Assembly (NCBI GenBank): GCA_017990795.1
Contig: JAGNNG010000001.1
Coordinates: 2,771 to 33,907 of the forward strand
DNA from: Deltaproteobacteria bacterium
GTDB taxonomy: Bacteria; Myxococcota_A; Polyangia; Palsa-1104; JAEUJZ01
Length of the DNA stretch: 31,137 nucleotides
Direction: 5' to 3'
This document shows positions 7,832-16,988 of this stretch, piece by piece (positions within the stretch are counted from its first letter, which is position 1; every line of letters begins with the position of its first letter). A program made the position numbers and the translations under genes. Below the pieces are notes generated by a model, which saw nothing but the letters and a program-made list of their open reading frames with translations, was not told the DNA's origin and ran no database searches.

Positions 7832-9054
7832 CGGGGCATGCAGACAATCTGTGGTGGACGCTACTGCTGCTGCTGGGCGCGAGCATTATCGGTCCGGTGC
7901 TGGCCGTTCGGCTGCGTGCCCCCTCGGCTGTGATGCTGATTTTGTTGGGCATCTTGCTTGGGCCGGCTGGCATCGGCGTTTTACAGGACAGCCCAACGGT
8001 CTCGTTCCTGTCTGAGTTTGGATTCTTGGTCCTGATGTTCATGGCCGGCATGGAGATCGACTTTGCCGCACTGCGCAGCGCTGGTCGCTCTGCGCTGCTG
8101 GTTCCACTACTAGTTGTCGTCGCTGTATTTGGCAGCGCGGTCGCGATGGGCAGGTTCTTCGCACTGGGCCGGATCGAAGTGTTGGCCCTCAGCGCAGTCA
8201 GCGTGGGCATGCCGCTGGCGATGCTAAAAGAGACCGCGCAAGATGCCACCCCCATCGGGCGTCACGTCATGCTAACGGCCTCACTGGGAGAGTTTGTCTG
8301 CATTTTGGTCATCACCGCGCTGGAACTGCTGGCAGGAGGAGGAGGAGTGCAGCACACCGCCCAGCGCATCGGGCAAGTTGTGCTGCTGCTGGGGGCATCG
8401 ACGCTGCTGATGCGCTGGGCACGTGCTCTGGTGTGGTGGCACCCCGAGCCGCTGCGCCGCCTGACCCATCACCACGACGTGGCCGAGCTGGGTGTCCGCG
8501 TCGGGCTGTGCATCATGCTGGCATTCGTCACGCTGTCCGCGCTGGCGGGCGTCGAGCCCATTCTTGGCGCTTTCATCGGCGGCGCGCTGGTCGGCTTTGT
8601 GTTGCGCCAAAAGCAGACGCTGGAAGGCAAGATCGCAGCCCTGGGAAATGGCCTCTTCATCCCGGTGTTTTTCATTGTGGTGGGCGTCCGCTTTGACGCC
8701 AGCGCACTCGATAGGTCGATGGTGCTGCGAGCGCTGCTCCTAGCCGCGCTGGCGGGAGTGGCCAAGCTTGCGCCCAGCCTGCTCTTGGCGCGCCGTGGCA
8801 CACCGCTGCGTGCTCGCTTGGCCGCGGGAACACTGCTGGCGGCACCGCTGACGTTAGTGGTGGCAGTTGCGGCGATCGGACGCCGACTGGAGCTGATCGA
8901 CTCGCGACAGCAGGCAGGCCTGGTGTTGGTGGCGATGCTCGTGTCGATTGTCTTCCCCGTGCTGTTCAAGCTGCTGGTGCGGGAAGTGCGCGACGAAGCA
9001 GCGACTAAGAGGGGGATTCAAAAGCCGTCTTCCGTTGAGAAACTCCACGGCTAG
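7828..9054 (+). CDS. CPA2-family cation:proton antiporter (membrane domain only)
   Basis: FLSEFGFLVLMFMAGMEIDF, LGAFIGG, FIPVFFIVVG; about 12 TM; GTGA overlap with the upstream stop gives start 7828. Confidence 0.9.
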   Translation: MTGHADNLWWTLLLLLGASIIGPVLAVRLRAPSAVMLILLGILLGPAGIGVLQDSPTVSFLSEFGFLVLMFMAGMEIDFAALRSAGRSALLVPLLVVVAVFGSAVAMGRFFALGRIEVLALSAVSVGMPLAMLKETAQDATPIGRHVMLTASLGEFVCILVITALELLAGGGGVQHTAQRIGQVVLLLGASTLLMRWARALVWWHPEPLRRLTHHHDVAELGVRVGLCIMLAFVTLSALAGVEPILGAFIGGALVGFVLRQKQTLEGKIAALGNGLFIPVFFIVVGVRFDASALDRSMVLRALLLAALAGVAKLAPSLLLARRGTPLRARLAAGTLLAAPLTLVVAVAAIGRRLELIDSRQQAGLVLVAMLVSIVFPVLFKLLVREVRDEAATKRGIQKPSSVEKLHG

Positions 9055-9065
9055 GGTCGCCCACA

Positions 9066-9102
9066 GAGTTTGTTCCAGAGGTGCTCTGCTCTAAACAAGC
9101 TC
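9066..9102. terminator. Compound hairpin in a convergent gap, possible bidirectional terminator
   Basis: GAGTTTGTT...AACAAGCTC outer stem (8/9) around CAGAG-gtg-CTCTG. Confidence 0.35.
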
Positions 9103-9129
9103 CTGGGAAAATGGGTCCGGGCTGTGACG

Positions 9130-9582
9130 CTAACTATCGATGATTTCGACCTGGTCCGTATCGCTTGCATCTTGGGTGATTGCCAACAGTCGTGTGATCA
9201 CCGGTTCAAATATGCTGCCAAGACTGGACATATCGGAGGGAACCCAAGGAAGCCGCAAGCGCGGTCCAATCAGTTCCGTTGATGAGCAAGGCGATGGCTC
9301 GCTGAGCAGGTTAAACAGGACCGTCTTGGTACGAAGGCTGAGGGCAAGCTGAGTGCCAGGTAGGTCGCACAGTGGCTTGGCTTGCTGCAGTTCACTGGCC
9401 AAGCCGCTGGCAGAGACGGTCACAGAGCGTCCTCCCAGCGCCTCGCCCACGCGATGCAGCTCGGTGAACACAGCGCCCTGCTGTTTTCCCTTCAAGTGAT
9501 GCTCGATGTTGTCGTAAAGCAGCGCGTACTGGATCCAGGGCAGTTCGCAGGATCCCGCAGGACCGATGAACGTAAGACTCAT
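9130..9582 (-). CDS. Hypothetical soluble protein (150 aa), last gene of the czcB-czcA-MFS run
   Basis: GGAGG RBS 8 nt before ATG 9582; protein-like composition (MSLTFIGPAGSCELPWIQYALLYDNIEHHL...); 37 bp downstream of the MFS stop. Confidence 0.75.
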   Translation of the reverse strand: MSLTFIGPAGSCELPWIQYALLYDNIEHHLKGKQQGAVFTELHRVGEALGGRSVTVSASGLASELQQAKPLCDLPGTQLALSLRTKTVLFNLLSEPSPCSSTELIGPRLRLPWVPSDMSSLGSIFEPVITRLLAITQDASDTDQVEIIDS

Positions 9583-9619
9583 GTGCATTCCCTCCGAGGG
9601 GTCACAAGTTGGGTGCAGG

Positions 9620-11089
9620 TCAAGGTGGGCCAGCGCGGTCAGGAAGGGGACCGGGCTCCGCCAGCGCCTCTAGTGAGCGACCTTCAGCGGCAACGCCCAG
9701 GAAGGCAGCAACAACCGCCGCCGCAATCATCAGCAAGCCGCCAATCAGATATCCGATGAGCACCTGGGTTTTACTGCCGGTTTGAATCATGGCGCCAAAC
9801 AGACCTGGAGCGACCAGGCCCCCAGCCGCTGTGCCCACGGCATAGAACAATGCAATGGCCATGCCGCGCAGCTCGACGGGAAATAGCTCGCTCACCGTCA
9901 AATAGGCAGAGCTAGCAGCGGCTGAGGCGATAAAAAAGACGACCGACCACAGCACTGTCTGGGTCACGGCGGTCAGCCAACCTTGTGCGAAACACCAGCC
10001 CGTCAGCATCAACAGCAGGCCTGCCGTGCCATAGGTCACCGTGATCATCACGCGCCGACCAATCGAATCGAACAGCCCTCCCAGTAGGAGTGGGCCCAGC
10101 AGATTCCCAGCGGCAAAGGGCAGCAGATACAGCCCAACTGAGTCGGCAGGCACACTGTAAAATCGCGCCAGCACCAGCGCATAGGTAAAGAAGATAGCGT
10201 TATAGGCAAACGCCTGCGCAATCATCAGTGACAGACCCAGGACCGAGCGCCGAAGATGGCAGACGAGCAGCGTGTGTCCGATGGCGGCAAAGCCAACCGT
10301 CCCCTTCACCGTCATCGACACCGCAGGCCCAGCTGGTGGCAGCGTCGCTCCGGTGCTGCGTTCGACATCCGCTTCGATAGCCGCAACGATGGCTTCCGCT
10401 TCCTGCACATGGCCATGCAGCAGCAGCCAGCGCGGACTTTCGGGCACATGGCGCCGTACCAGCACGACGGCACCACCCAGCAGCGCCCCCAGACCAAAGA
10501 CCAAGCGCCAGCCGATCGCGTGGGGTAGGTAGCGCGGGTCGAGCAAGATCAACGTCGCGCTGGCACCCAGGGCCGTGCCTAGCCAATAGGTGCTGTTGAT
10601 GGCCAGGTCGGCACGCCCACGCACGCGCGCAGGAAGCAGCTCGTCGATGGCGGAGTTGATGGCTGCATACTCGCCGCCAATACCCGCTCCGGTCAGCGCC
10701 CGACAGATCGCAAAAGAATAGAAGCCTACTGAGCACGCGGTCGCCATGGTGGCCAGCAGATACACCGCGAGCGTGATCAGAAACAGGCGCTTGCGACCCA
10801 GCTGGTCGGTCAGGCGGCCAAAGAACAGCGCACCCACGATTGCGCCAAACAGGTAGGCGCTCGCGGACAGACCGACCTCGGTTTCGGACAGATGCAGGGT
10901 ATCGGTTTCACCCAACACGCCAGCGACTGCGCCTACCACGGTGACCTCGAGCCCATCCAGGATCCAGGTCACGCCCAGCGCAATGACGACGCGCCAGTGC
11001 CAACCGGACCACGGCAGCCGGTCTAGCCGCGCCGGAATGTCAGTCTGGATTTGACTGCCGACCGCAAGCGCATCAGGCCGAGGCTTCAT
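9620..11089 (-). CDS. MFS transporter (12 TM, sugar-porter/SV2-like group), substrate unknown
   Basis: ARLDRLPW..WHWRV N-terminus, GRLTDQLGRKR motif A, GIGGEY, PESPRWL, GGLFDSIGRR, SELFP; AAGGAGGT RBS before ATG 11089, overlapping the czcA 3' end. Confidence 0.92.
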   Translation of the reverse strand: MKPRPDALAVGSQIQTDIPARLDRLPWSGWHWRVVIALGVTWILDGLEVTVVGAVAGVLGETDTLHLSETEVGLSASAYLFGAIVGALFFGRLTDQLGRKRLFLITLAVYLLATMATACSVGFYSFAICRALTGAGIGGEYAAINSAIDELLPARVRGRADLAINSTYWLGTALGASATLILLDPRYLPHAIGWRLVFGLGALLGGAVVLVRRHVPESPRWLLLHGHVQEAEAIVAAIEADVERSTGATLPPAGPAVSMTVKGTVGFAAIGHTLLVCHLRRSVLGLSLMIAQAFAYNAIFFTYALVLARFYSVPADSVGLYLLPFAAGNLLGPLLLGGLFDSIGRRVMITVTYGTAGLLLMLTGWCFAQGWLTAVTQTVLWSVVFFIASAAASSAYLTVSELFPVELRGMAIALFYAVGTAAGGLVAPGLFGAMIQTGSKTQVLIGYLIGGLLMIAAAVVAAFLGVAAEGRSLEALAEPGPLPDRAGPP

Positions 11090-14000
11090 CAAGCGACCTC
11101 CTTTCAGAAGCTGGCGCGTGCCGCATCACCCAGTGCAAGAGCAGCGGCAGAATGAGCAGCATCAGCACGGTAGAGGACACAATGCCGCCGATGACGACCG
11201 TGGCCAGTGGCCGCTGTACTTCTGCCCCAGCGCGCGTCGAGATGGCCATGGGAAGAAAGCCAATCGCTGCCACCAGCGCAGTCGTCACGACTGAACGCAG
11301 GCTGCTGCGAGCACTGCCAAGCAGCGCTTCGTTACCGCGTTCTCCATCGGCGAGCCGTCGGCGTAGTTCCGAGGTCATGACCACGCCATTTAGCACTGCT
11401 ACACCACACAGCGCGATGAAGCCCACCGCCGCAGGTATTGAAAATGGCAGTCCCCGCAGCTGAAGGGCGAGCACACCGCCGATGATGCCCAGGGGCACGC
11501 AGGCAAAGACGGCGCAAGCGTAGCGAGCGTCCCCAAACATCAGAAACAGCATCCCGAAGATGATGGCCAGCGCGATCGGCGCGACCAACATGAGGCGACT
11601 CTTGGCGCGACTGAAGTTTTCAAACTGCCCGCCCCACTCCAGGTGATAGCCGTGGGGAATCGCCACTTGCGCCTTTACGCGAGCACGGGCGTCTTGCACA
11701 TAGCTGACCAGATCACGTCCGCGGATGTTGGCTTCGACCAGCACGCGTCGCTCTAGTGCTTCCCGATTGATGACCGCAGGCCCCTCTGATTCGGTGACCT
11801 CCGCTACCTGCGCCAGCGGTACTAGCGCTCCGTCTTCCGTTCCGACCAGCAGCTCGCCAAAGGACTCGGGCGTCAGCTGGTTGGGCGACAGCAGCAACTT
11901 GATTGGGAAGCGTCGTGCTTGCTCAAAGACCTGGCCTGCCTGACGTCCGACGCGCGAAGCTTCGACGGTGTTTAGGATCTCATCTGCGGGAATGGCGTAT
12001 CTGGCCAACCGCTGTCGATCGACTTTGACGTTCAGTAGAGGTAGACCGAGCACGCGCTGGACGCGCAGATCACCAGTCCCAGGAACCCCACGCATCACAA
12101 GGCCGATGCGGTCAGCGATGCTCTTGCCCACTTGCAGATCGGGGCCGAACACTTTCACCACCACGTCGGCACGCGAGCCCGCCAGAAGCTGGTTCACGCG
12201 ATCTTCGATGGGCTGCGACACCGATACAAACGTCGCTGGCACTTCGGCTTCGATGGCCGCTTTGATCTTTTCACCCAAGCTGTCCAGGTCGTGGGCCGTG
12301 GTCCAGGTTCCTTTTTCGGCCAGCTTCACCATGACCTCGGCTTCATCCGGGCCCACCGGGTCAGTGGCTACTTCGGCGCGCCCGGTCCGAGTGACGATGG
12401 ACCGCACTTCAGGAAAGCGACCCAGCACGTCTTCCACCAGTCCGCCCAGCCGCTGCGCTTCGCTGATCGAGATCGACGGCAGGCGCTTGATGTCCAGCGA
12501 TAGCTCGCCCTCGTCCAAGCGCGGCACAAACTCTGCGCCCAGCGTGGTTGCAGATACCGCCGTCAGCGCGCACAGCCCAAGCGTCACGCCCGCGATCTGG
12601 CGAGGATGCGACAGCGCCCATTGCAGGCGCCTACTGTACATTGCCTGCAGCCGCGCCCAGATCCCCAGGTGCGCATGACCCGCCTGCGCATCGTGACCGT
12701 GCGACGCCGCTGCGGTCTGCACGGAGGCGGTTAAAACCGACGCCGCCAGCGCCGGAAACACAGTCAGAGAAAACAGCAGCGCACCGGCTAACGCCAGCGC
12801 CACGGTAATCGCCATGGGCTTAAACATGCGGCCTTCAACGCCCTCTAGCGCCATCAGCGGTAGGTAGACCAGCAGGATGATGGCCACGGCGAATGCAACG
12901 GCGCGTGCGTTGGCACCCATCGAGCGGGCGATAACAGACGGCACATCAGCACGCTGCATCGGGCCTGCGCTAGCCAGTGCGACCATCGCCCCCTCAAGCA
13001 TGACGATGGCCCCATCGACCAACAGCCCAAAGTCGATGGCGCCCAAGGACATCAAGTTGCCGATGACGCCCATGCGCACCATGCCAATGACCGCCACGCC
13101 CATCGCGAGCGGAATGCCCAGCGCCACGATAATGCTGCCGCGCAGGGTGCCCAGCGTTGCGAACAGCACCAAGATAACCAGCAGCGCCCCTTCCGTCAGG
13201 TTCACCAGCACGGTCTTGAGCATGCGATTAATGAACTCGGCGCGGTCGTAGTAGCTCACGATCTTTACGCCGGGTGGCAGGTCGCGCTGAATCTCGGTCA
13301 GCTTGGCCTTGACGTTCTCCACGACCTCGCGTGAGTTCTGCCCTATGAGCATCATCACGGTGCCAGCCACGATCTCGCCTTTACCGTGCTTTGTGACCAC
13401 GCCGAAGCGCAAGGCGGGGCCGAACTGCACTTTCGCCAGCTGCTTTAGCAGGACCGGAGTGCCGGTTTCATCCGTTGTGATGACAGTGCTAGCGATGTCG
13501 CGCAGATCGCGGTACTGCGCTTCGCCGCGAATCACGAGCGACTCGGCATTTTTTTCGATGTAGCCACCACCGATGTTGCCGTTGTTGCGACGCAGGACGT
13601 CGTAGATCTTGCCCAGCGTTAGCCGATAGGCCGCCAGCCGCTTGGGATTGACCACGACTTGATACTCCTTCGCTTCACCACCCATGGCGTTTACTTCGAT
13701 GACGCCGGGAACCGAGCGCAAGCGGCGCGCAACTTCCCAATCCAGCAGCGTGCGCAGCTCCATCGGCCCCTGCGCACCGTCGCTCGACTCCAAGTAGAAC
13801 TCATAGATCTCCCCAAGCCCGGTGGATGCCGGAGCGAGCTCGGGATGTCCGTACTGCGGATTGATGTCTGCCTCTGCCTGCTTCAGCCGCTCGTTGACAA
13901 GTTGACGACAGAACCAGACATCCATGTCGTCTTGAAAGATGATGGTTACAGCCGAAACGGCGGTGCGGCTGATGCTGCGAATCTCGCTGACGCCTGGCAG

Positions 14001-14225
14001 CCCATTCATCGCGGTCTCAATGGGATAGGTTAGGTACTGCTCGACCTCGGCTGGGGACAGGCCCGGTGCTGCGGTCAGCACCGACACCTGTACGTTCGTG
14101 ACGTCCGGTACCGCATCGACCGAGAGCCGACGCATAGCGAAGAGCGCCGTCAGCGCTAGCCCCGCAGCCAAGATCAAGACGACCCCGCGCCGATGCACGG
14201 AAAAGGCGACCAGTCGGTCCAGCAT
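11073..14225 (-). CDS. czcA: Heavy-metal efflux RND permease, CusA/CzcA family (family-level symbol; metal unknown)
   Basis: 1050 aa; DAVPDVTNVQV, MSLGAIDFGLLVDGAIVMLE proton-relay motif, FVPRLDEG, GFIALCGVAVLNGVV, GAEVQRPLATVVIGG. Confidence 0.95.
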   Translation of the reverse strand: MLDRLVAFSVHRRGVVLILAAGLALTALFAMRRLSVDAVPDVTNVQVSVLTAAPGLSPAEVEQYLTYPIETAMNGLPGVSEIRSISRTAVSAVTIIFQDDMDVWFCRQLVNERLKQAEADINPQYGHPELAPASTGLGEIYEFYLESSDGAQGPMELRTLLDWEVARRLRSVPGVIEVNAMGGEAKEYQVVVNPKRLAAYRLTLGKIYDVLRRNNGNIGGGYIEKNAESLVIRGEAQYRDLRDIASTVITTDETGTPVLLKQLAKVQFGPALRFGVVTKHGKGEIVAGTVMMLIGQNSREVVENVKAKLTEIQRDLPPGVKIVSYYDRAEFINRMLKTVLVNLTEGALLVILVLFATLGTLRGSIIVALGIPLAMGVAVIGMVRMGVIGNLMSLGAIDFGLLVDGAIVMLEGAMVALASAGPMQRADVPSVIARSMGANARAVAFAVAIILLVYLPLMALEGVEGRMFKPMAITVALALAGALLFSLTVFPALAASVLTASVQTAAASHGHDAQAGHAHLGIWARLQAMYSRRLQWALSHPRQIAGVTLGLCALTAVSATTLGAEFVPRLDEGELSLDIKRLPSISISEAQRLGGLVEDVLGRFPEVRSIVTRTGRAEVATDPVGPDEAEVMVKLAEKGTWTTAHDLDSLGEKIKAAIEAEVPATFVSVSQPIEDRVNQLLAGSRADVVVKVFGPDLQVGKSIADRIGLVMRGVPGTGDLRVQRVLGLPLLNVKVDRQRLARYAIPADEILNTVEASRVGRQAGQVFEQARRFPIKLLLSPNQLTPESFGELLVGTEDGALVPLAQVAEVTESEGPAVINREALERRVLVEANIRGRDLVSYVQDARARVKAQVAIPHGYHLEWGGQFENFSRAKSRLMLVAPIALAIIFGMLFLMFGDARYACAVFACVPLGIIGGVLALQLRGLPFSIPAAVGFIALCGVAVLNGVVMTSELRRRLADGERGNEALLGSARSSLRSVVTTALVAAIGFLPMAISTRAGAEVQRPLATVVIGGIVSSTVLMLLILPLLLHWVMRHAPASERRSLDEASA

Positions 14226-14228
14226 GAT

Positions 14229-15401
14229 TCACCTCAGCAGCTCGCTTTTGAGTAGGAATCCCCCATCCACCACCACCAGCTCCCCTTCACTGACGCCACT
14301 TCTGACTTCGATCAGAGACCCACCCGAGGGCCCTAGCTCGACGGAGCGACGCTCGAAGCGGCCACTGCCGGTCTGGACAAAGAGCAGCGGCTTGCCTTCC
14401 ACTGTGACCACCGCCTTTCTTGGGACTGTCAGTACGGCCGTTTGCGCCACCGTCGCTTCGCCTTGCAGCGTTGCGGTCACGAACTGTCCTGGCCGCAGCA
14501 GTCCTTCACTGTTGTCGAACTCAACGCGGACTGGCGCGGTGCGCGTCTTTTCATCGATGACGCTACCAATCAGTGCTACCTGCGCCGGAAATGTGCGGCC
14601 CGGATACGCTTCCGTACGGATCTCGGCGCGCTGCGCGCTGTGCACATGAGGCAGGTCTTTTTCGAACAGATCCAGCAGAACCCAGAGTCGGCTCAGATCC
14701 GCGACCTGAAACGCATCGCTGGCGGACTGCACGGCTTGTCCCAGCGATACCTCGCGGCGGATAACGGTTCCATCAATGGGCGCCAACAGCGACACGCGAC
14801 CCGCACGAGCATCGCGGATCTGGCTGATGTCGCTCTGGCGCAAGCCCAGTGCACGCAGCCGTTGCATCGCCGCAGCTAGCTCGGCCTGCTGGGTAATTGC
14901 TGCGGCTTCAGCCAGCTCACGCTCGCGTTCCGAGCTGACCTTGCGCTCGGCCAGTTCACGCTCGCGGCGCAAGTTGGCCTCTGCCGCAAAGGAGGACGCG
15001 CGCGCAGTCAAATAGGCGGCTTGGGCCTGACCGACTTCTGCGCTCTCTAGCTCTGCCATGGTCTGACCCGCTTTGACCTTGTCTCCCACTCGCACCTGGA
15101 TCGAAACCAAACGGCCCGCGATTAGGGGGCCAACGGCAGCAAAGTGATCGGCGGCGAATCCAACCGAGCCGACGACTTCGACATCGCGCGCCAGGCGAGT
15201 GCGCACAACCGCGACCACTCTCACTGGACTGTGCTTCGTTGCTTCAGCGGGCAATGCCAGCGGTCCGATGCGGGCCGCTTCTACGCCTTCGCTGTGGTGC
15301 TCAGGGGATTGCTTCACACTCAGTCGGCCCAGCAGCAAAGCCGCAGCCCCAACGATGACGACAGGCAGTCCACGCCGAATCCTGTCCTTAAATGCTGCCA
15401 T
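14229..15401 (-). CDS. czcB: RND periplasmic adaptor, CzcB/CusB family
   Basis: N-terminal anchor, VRVGDKVKAGQ lipoyl motif, alpha-hairpin, APIDGTVI, ADLSRLWV, LRPGQFV; GAGGAGGAG RBS. Confidence 0.93.
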   Translation of the reverse strand: MAAFKDRIRRGLPVVIVGAAALLLGRLSVKQSPEHHSEGVEAARIGPLALPAEATKHSPVRVVAVVRTRLARDVEVVGSVGFAADHFAAVGPLIAGRLVSIQVRVGDKVKAGQTMAELESAEVGQAQAAYLTARASSFAAEANLRRERELAERKVSSERERELAEAAAITQQAELAAAMQRLRALGLRQSDISQIRDARAGRVSLLAPIDGTVIRREVSLGQAVQSASDAFQVADLSRLWVLLDLFEKDLPHVHSAQRAEIRTEAYPGRTFPAQVALIGSVIDEKTRTAPVRVEFDNSEGLLRPGQFVTATLQGEATVAQTAVLTVPRKAVVTVEGKPLLFVQTGSGRFERRSVELGPSGGSLIEVRSGVSEGELVVVDGGFLLKSELLR

Positions 15402-15457
15402 CGCTCCTCCTCGCTTTCGCTGTGGGCGAACTGCGTTGTGCAGGTCATCCAGGTGTC

Positions 15458-15473
15458 AGGTGCAGTCTTTGCA
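15458..15473 (+). promoter_or_regulatory. Candidate sigma54 promoter for czcC, sharing the TTGCAA -12 box with the czcB promoter
   Basis: AGGTGCAGTCTTTGCA; GG-N10-GC spacing and perfect TTGCA, but a non-consensus -24 box. Confidence 0.45.
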
Positions 15474-15485
15474 AGTGCCTTGCCA
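15470..15485 (-). promoter_or_regulatory. Sigma54 promoter for czcB-czcA-MFS-hyp
   Basis: TGGCAAGGCACTTGCA on the minus strand; canonical GG-N10-GC. Confidence 0.75.
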
Positions 15486-15507
15486 CAAAGAGAACGAAGG
15501 AGCGGAC

Positions 15508-16899
15508 ATGCCAACGAGAACAGAACAAACGAATCCCTGGCTCCGTCCTCGCTGTCGAGCAAGGGCGACGTTGCAGCGCCGCGCATCCAGCTTGCTTGCG
15601 CTGATATGCATGACGTGGTTTGCCAGCGGAGGTCATGCAGCTGCCGATTCAGCGACCGCGCTGTCCCTAAGTCTGGCGGACGCACTGCAGCGTGCCGCAC
15701 ACAACGCGCCGGAGCTGGTGCGGGCACAAAACGAGCTACGCAACGCCGAGGCCCGTCGCGTGGGCGCTGGCCTGTGGCTATCGACAAACCCTCTGGTGTC
15801 TTTCCTTATCGGCTCTCGCACCGAACAGCAGAGCGTGGGTCCTGCGCTACGCGGCATCCAACATCAGCTGCATGTTGAGCAGGCTCTCGAAGTAGCTGGC
15901 CAGCGTTGGGCGCGGCTAGATGTGGTGGACGCAGCAGTTGCGGCGCAGCAAGACGCGGTGGCGTATGCGCAGCTGGTGGCACGCTCGCTGATCAAAGCTC
16001 TGTACGTTCAGTGTCTCCTGGTCGAACGACGCTTGGCGGTGGCGCAGAAGCGTGAAGATGTTGCACGCCAGCTGCTGGCATCGGCAGAGACGCGGCTGCA
16101 GCTCGGCGCAACTGGTGCTATCGAAGCAAACCTGGCGCGTATTGAAGTAGGCCGCGTGGTCAGCGACCGTGCCGACATCGCGACCGAGCGCGAGCTTCGC
16201 TTAAGTGAGCTGCGCATCGCAACGGGCATCTCGCCTGCCGTAACGATTACGCTAACGACGCCGACCATGATTGACACCCTCCCTAGAGTCACGCTGGATG
16301 GCGAGGTACATCAGCAGATCGAGCAGGCACTGTCGCGCCGCCTGGATCTTCACGCGATCCAAAAGCAGCGGGTGCAGATCCAAAGCGACGCTCGCCGATT
16401 GCGGCGCGAAGTGGTGCCCAATCCGATTGTGGCCTTCGACTATCAGCAGGATCTGGCTGGGCAGATCTTTATTGGTGGAACCCTCGGGCTGACGATACCG
16501 ATATTCCAGCGCAACCAAGGGCCGCTGGCGCAGCTTCTGGCAGCAGAGCGAGCCCGCCAAGCCGAAGAGAGACTGCTGGTCACTCGCGTTCGTTCCGAGG
16601 TCGCGCAGGCGCTACAAACGCTGCGGATTCGTCGAACGCAGCTAGAGTCGTTCGCGCGCGATGCACTGCCGCCAGCGGAGGCGAACATCGAGCTGCTGCA
16701 CCGCGGGTGGCAAGCGGGCAAGTTTGATCTGTTTCGCGTTATCACGGCGCTGCGCGAGGCGACCGAGCTAAGGCTTCGCTATCTCACGATGCTGGAACAG
16801 ATGTGGATCGCAGGCATTGCGCTAGAACGCGCAAGCGGGGTCGATGTGCTAGCGGTCGAGCAGACCCACGATGCGCATGACGGTGGCACGCAGCGCTAG
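15508..16899 (+). CDS. czcC: TolC/CzcC-family outer-membrane efflux protein, divergent from czcBA
   Basis: AAGGAG RBS 5 nt before ATG 15508 (the track ORF's 103-aa extension lies antisense to czcB and across the intergenic gap); signal-peptide-like N-terminus; PNPIVAF, IPIFQRNQG, GKFDLFRVI. Confidence 0.9.
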   Translation: MPTRTEQTNPWLRPRCRARATLQRRASSLLALICMTWFASGGHAAADSATALSLSLADALQRAAHNAPELVRAQNELRNAEARRVGAGLWLSTNPLVSFLIGSRTEQQSVGPALRGIQHQLHVEQALEVAGQRWARLDVVDAAVAAQQDAVAYAQLVARSLIKALYVQCLLVERRLAVAQKREDVARQLLASAETRLQLGATGAIEANLARIEVGRVVSDRADIATERELRLSELRIATGISPAVTITLTTPTMIDTLPRVTLDGEVHQQIEQALSRRLDLHAIQKQRVQIQSDARRLRREVVPNPIVAFDYQQDLAGQIFIGGTLGLTIPIFQRNQGPLAQLLAAERARQAEERLLVTRVRSEVAQALQTLRIRRTQLESFARDALPPAEANIELLHRGWQAGKFDLFRVITALREATELRLRYLTMLEQMWIAGIALERASGVDVLAVEQTHDAHDGGTQR

Positions 16900-16931
16900 C
16901 ATGGGTGTGCTTAACGGCAGGACGAACCGCG

Positions 16932-16974
16932 TGCATTTATGCCCCACATGGACAAAAGTGCTGATCAAAAGTGC
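16932..16974. repeat. Palindrome copy A plus a tandem extra half-site
   Basis: TGCATTTATGCCCCACATGGACAAAAGTGCT (16932-16962) is 26/31 identical to the reverse complement of 21821-21851; CAAAAGTGC occurs twice (16953, 16966). Confidence 0.75.
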
Positions 16975-16988
16975 CAGGTGCGGCGCGG

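Noticed and set aside
7752-8969. Long antisense ORFs (167 and 166 aa) opposite the CPA2 gene; likewise 11968-12678, 14098-14649, 15144-15878 and 25473-26369
   Set aside because: Shadow ORFs typical of high-GC coding DNA; no motifs, and fully overlapped by well-supported genes.
15199-15507. 103-aa N-terminal extension of the 566-aa track ORF
   Set aside because: Runs antisense through czcB and across the intergenic gap; a clear AAGGAG RBS supports ATG 15508.
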